A stretch of DNA of 64,000 nt, taken from positions 5,332,001 to 5,396,000 of the forward strand of contig CM035353.1 of assembly GCA_020137815.1 (NCBI GenBank), written 5' to 3'. The position numbers and the translations under genes are program-made. The notes beneath the pieces were generated by a model. It saw nothing but the letters and a program-made list of their open reading frames with translations, was not told the DNA's origin and made no database searches. This stretch comes from Hormiphora californensis (Eukaryota; Animalia; Ctenophora). Within the stretch, counting starts at the first letter, position 1. Each line of letters opens with the position of its first letter. Below, one piece after another: positions 61,302 to 64,000 of the stretch.

Positions 61302-62520
61302 ATAATAATAATAATAATAGCAGCATTTGTATACACGCTCATACCATATAGGTTACTAGAATTAAAACCTAGATATCTACACGGCGATCAGAGCGGTTCA
61401 CCATTGCTCATATAAAGTGTCCAAACTAAATAGTCCATAAAATATAGTCCAAATTACAAATTGTCCCGGCCTAGCTCAACACACAATCACACAACCTCAC
61501 TGATCATCAACCACCGACTCCTCCACTTTCCCTCCCCTGATGAAAAAGGTCTTGTCCGGAAACTCAGCCCTTTTCCCTTTCAATTGCTCCACTAGTGTCC
61601 TTCTCGCTGCCCTCTCTTCAGGAGTCCTATCTGGTGCCAAATAAACCTTTCAAATGTTTCACTCCTCCTCAGTCGAGACTTGTGTTCCAACACAAATCTT
61701 CTGGTATCACTATTCTTGAACACCAGCTTCACAGGCCTGTTGGTTCCATCAACAAACCTCCCTAAGCGGTAGCACGACTTAATCTCCGTCATTTCAAACT
61801 CCCAGCTTTTCATCATGTGACCTATCTGAGTCTTCAAGTCACTCTCCTGCTCCTCCTTGCTGTCTGCTAAACCATAACCCACCAGATTGCACAACTTGTC
61901 TTCTGTAGCAGTAGATATAGCGGTGCGAATACGCTGCGGGGCAAGAGCAGTGTCACACTCTCTCAGCAGAACAGTAGAAAATGATCTTATCTCCTGTTCA
62001 GCAGTGGACTGTACAGCAGAGATCTCTTCATCTCTTTTCTCCAGCAGCTGACACTGTAGCTTCACAAGTCTGTCCTGGGCCTCCACTAATGATCTCTGTG
62101 CTGTGATGAGCTCCTCTTGACACTGTATAATTCTCCTCTCGTACTCCTCAACATCAACACTAAGGTGATCCAATAGTGGGTAGCACCTTTCAACCAGCAG
62201 ATGACAAGCCTTCTCTGCAAAATCAGCCAATTCCTTCTTATTCGCAGATGTAGTAATCCTATCTTTGCTCGGACACTTCAAGTTGTCCCATACACCAGGT
62301 GCTAAATTCTTCGGAAAAACGCCCAATGAACCACAATGCCTGTATAATTCTCCTACAAGGCCAAATATCTCACTCCTCACATCTTCAATAACTCTCCTGG
62401 ACAATTTCTCATCACTATTCACACGTAGTCTGTCCTTGAAGCTGTTGCTAGAAGCTGTGCTCATGGCGAGGTGAGCACAGGGTGAGATAGATATCCCACA
62501 GTTAGAGAGATCAGGTCACA
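61302..62520 (-). mobile_element. Non-LTR retrotransposon (CR1/L2-like) ORF1 62464-61497 with one -1 frameshift near 61625; no ORF2; (TAT)n tail
   Basis: Coiled coil, then NLVGYGL, RLGRF...RPVKLVF, and in the shifted frame VYLAPDRTPEERAARR..LVEQLK, typical of LINE ORF1 RRM/C-terminal domains. Confidence 0.78.
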
Positions 62521-62818
62521 ATTCAGAGATAAGAGAGAAGCAAAACTGTAACGTAAGCTGGAACAAAGCGACACTTCAAAACTTTCACTCTCAAATTAAT
62601 TTGTTTAAAGTAGTGTTGAAAAGTTTGAAATAAACCTGGGTTTATTTGTATAAAGCGGGATTGTTCGAACTCCGTAACTCATCCATTTCCCAAATATAAC
62701 AACATCCAGGAATAGTTTAAACCAAATTAGGAACAACCACAAACAAAACATACAATTAGTGGATTACAAATGAAATACAAATGGTTTACATAACTGTTTA
62801 AACCTACTATGCATTCAG

Positions 62819-63601
62819 GGTAAGAAAAGAAGGGTAAACCGAGTCCTTGATGCTCCTGTTGTACTCGAGGTAGAAGATCCCCGACCTAAATTCCCCTCCC
62901 CTTCCTCGCCATTCTACCGCCCCTCCTCCCGTGGTGTAAGTGTATGCATTCTGTTTCTGTATAATCGAGAAAAACAATTATATACAACTCCAAATAGTTT
63001 GATACAGTCGGACCCCGATTTACCGGGAGGATAAACTTCTCCCAAATAGGAAATTAGGAAATAGAAAACAGTTTTTGACCCCGATAATCGACCCCCTAAT
63101 TATCAATTAGGGCCATCATCATCATACCTCATCCGTTGAGTACGAGGATATGTACAGTGCAAGTGAAGAAGATGATGACACTACCGACCTTCGTGGATAC
63201 AAACTTAGCCCATCTTCCCTGTGAGTACCTATAATCTATATAATGTGTCTACATATATAATAGCGCCTAGCACAATCTTGGTCGCGCACGGTGTCTATGT
63301 CACCAACTACAAACCCGATCTGAGTTCAACTCAGAATCCCATTCTTTTTATTCCTGCTCGTCGCCTCCTGATCTACCTATTTGGGAGCGCCGGTGAATTC
63401 CTTCCTAGCCTCTCTATCTCATCAAACTTCTTTTTTTCATTTTTTTGGGATCAGCGCTTTTCTAACTTATTTAGTTGTGCGTAATACTATGTTCTACCGT
63501 CAAGACATGCAGCAGGAACGGCAAATTTATGCCATGTCCAGCTGCGACAGACCCCATTTTGAATTCCGGGGCGCCAGACAGACTATTCTGAATATTAAAC
63601 G
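62819..63601 (+). CDS. Internal exons of an uncharacterised gene, probably continuing past the window (approx. 62819-62935, 63111-63220, 63271-63391, 63475-63601)
   Basis: Phase-compatible GT-AG chain GKKRRVNRVLDAPVV...SSRG / GHHHHTSSVEYED...SSL / TILVAHGVYVTNYKPD...GSA / VVRNTMFYRQD...NIKR; one intron is only ~50 nt. Confidence 0.45.
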
Positions 63602-64000
63602 GTGCATTAAGGAGGTGTACAATCGTTCGATTTCCGCAATTTTAACTTGTCTACAAAATAATGATCATTATGATCATTATGAAGATCAACTACAAGCTGC
63701 AGTTGCACGACCTGTCATATTTACTGTCTACATATACTCTCTACATATACGATATATCTCTCTGCAGAGCATTGCAGCTTGGCCCTATACAGTCGGACCC
63801 CGATTTACCGGGCCCCGATTTGCCGAGAGGATAAACTTTGCCCAAATATCCCGTTAAATCGGGGTCCGACTGACTATATGTGCACGAGAACCGCGGTCAG
63901 AGAACTGGCCTGAGTCATGTCAGCCTGACAGATATATACATATCTACATTTGTCTACTTTGTTACATTTGTCTACATATACGGGATAGTATCCACATGCC

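Noticed and set aside
61537-61563. Second hammerhead (CTGATGA...GAAAC)
   Set aside because: No stem II or stem I pairing; it is the antisense of LINE ORF1 codons.

Overview
Intron-rich, repeat-rich eukaryotic (metazoan) nuclear DNA. The repeat families and gene styles suggest a ctenophore, which is my inference and not verified. Genes: the 3' half of MEMO1 (+); a 12-exon class A GPCR of about 598 aa (+); a small Cys-rich, probably GPI-anchored surface protein (+); a giant low-complexity gene with an ~11.6 kb first exon (-); a single-exon multipass membrane protein (+); six tiny single-pass membrane-protein ORFs (-); a two-domain C-type lectin (-); two partial unknown genes (+); and a LINE ORF1 (-). 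Between them lie many non-autonomous DNA transposons with readable TIRs/TSDs, plus microsatellites. Three things stand out. (1) In four unrelated genes the 3' splice-site region (branch point, pyrimidine tract, AG, first exon bases) is tandemly amplified 2-17 times. Only the last copy is productive and every upstream copy leads to a nearby stop. (2) About 25 frameshifts between 28 and 44.5 kb are all +1 and can all be repaired by deleting one T of the coding strand. This is most likely a consensus error, but recoding/editing is testable. (3) A hammerhead-ribozyme-bearing retrozyme/Penelope-like unit whose direct repeat starts exactly at the predicted cleavage site.
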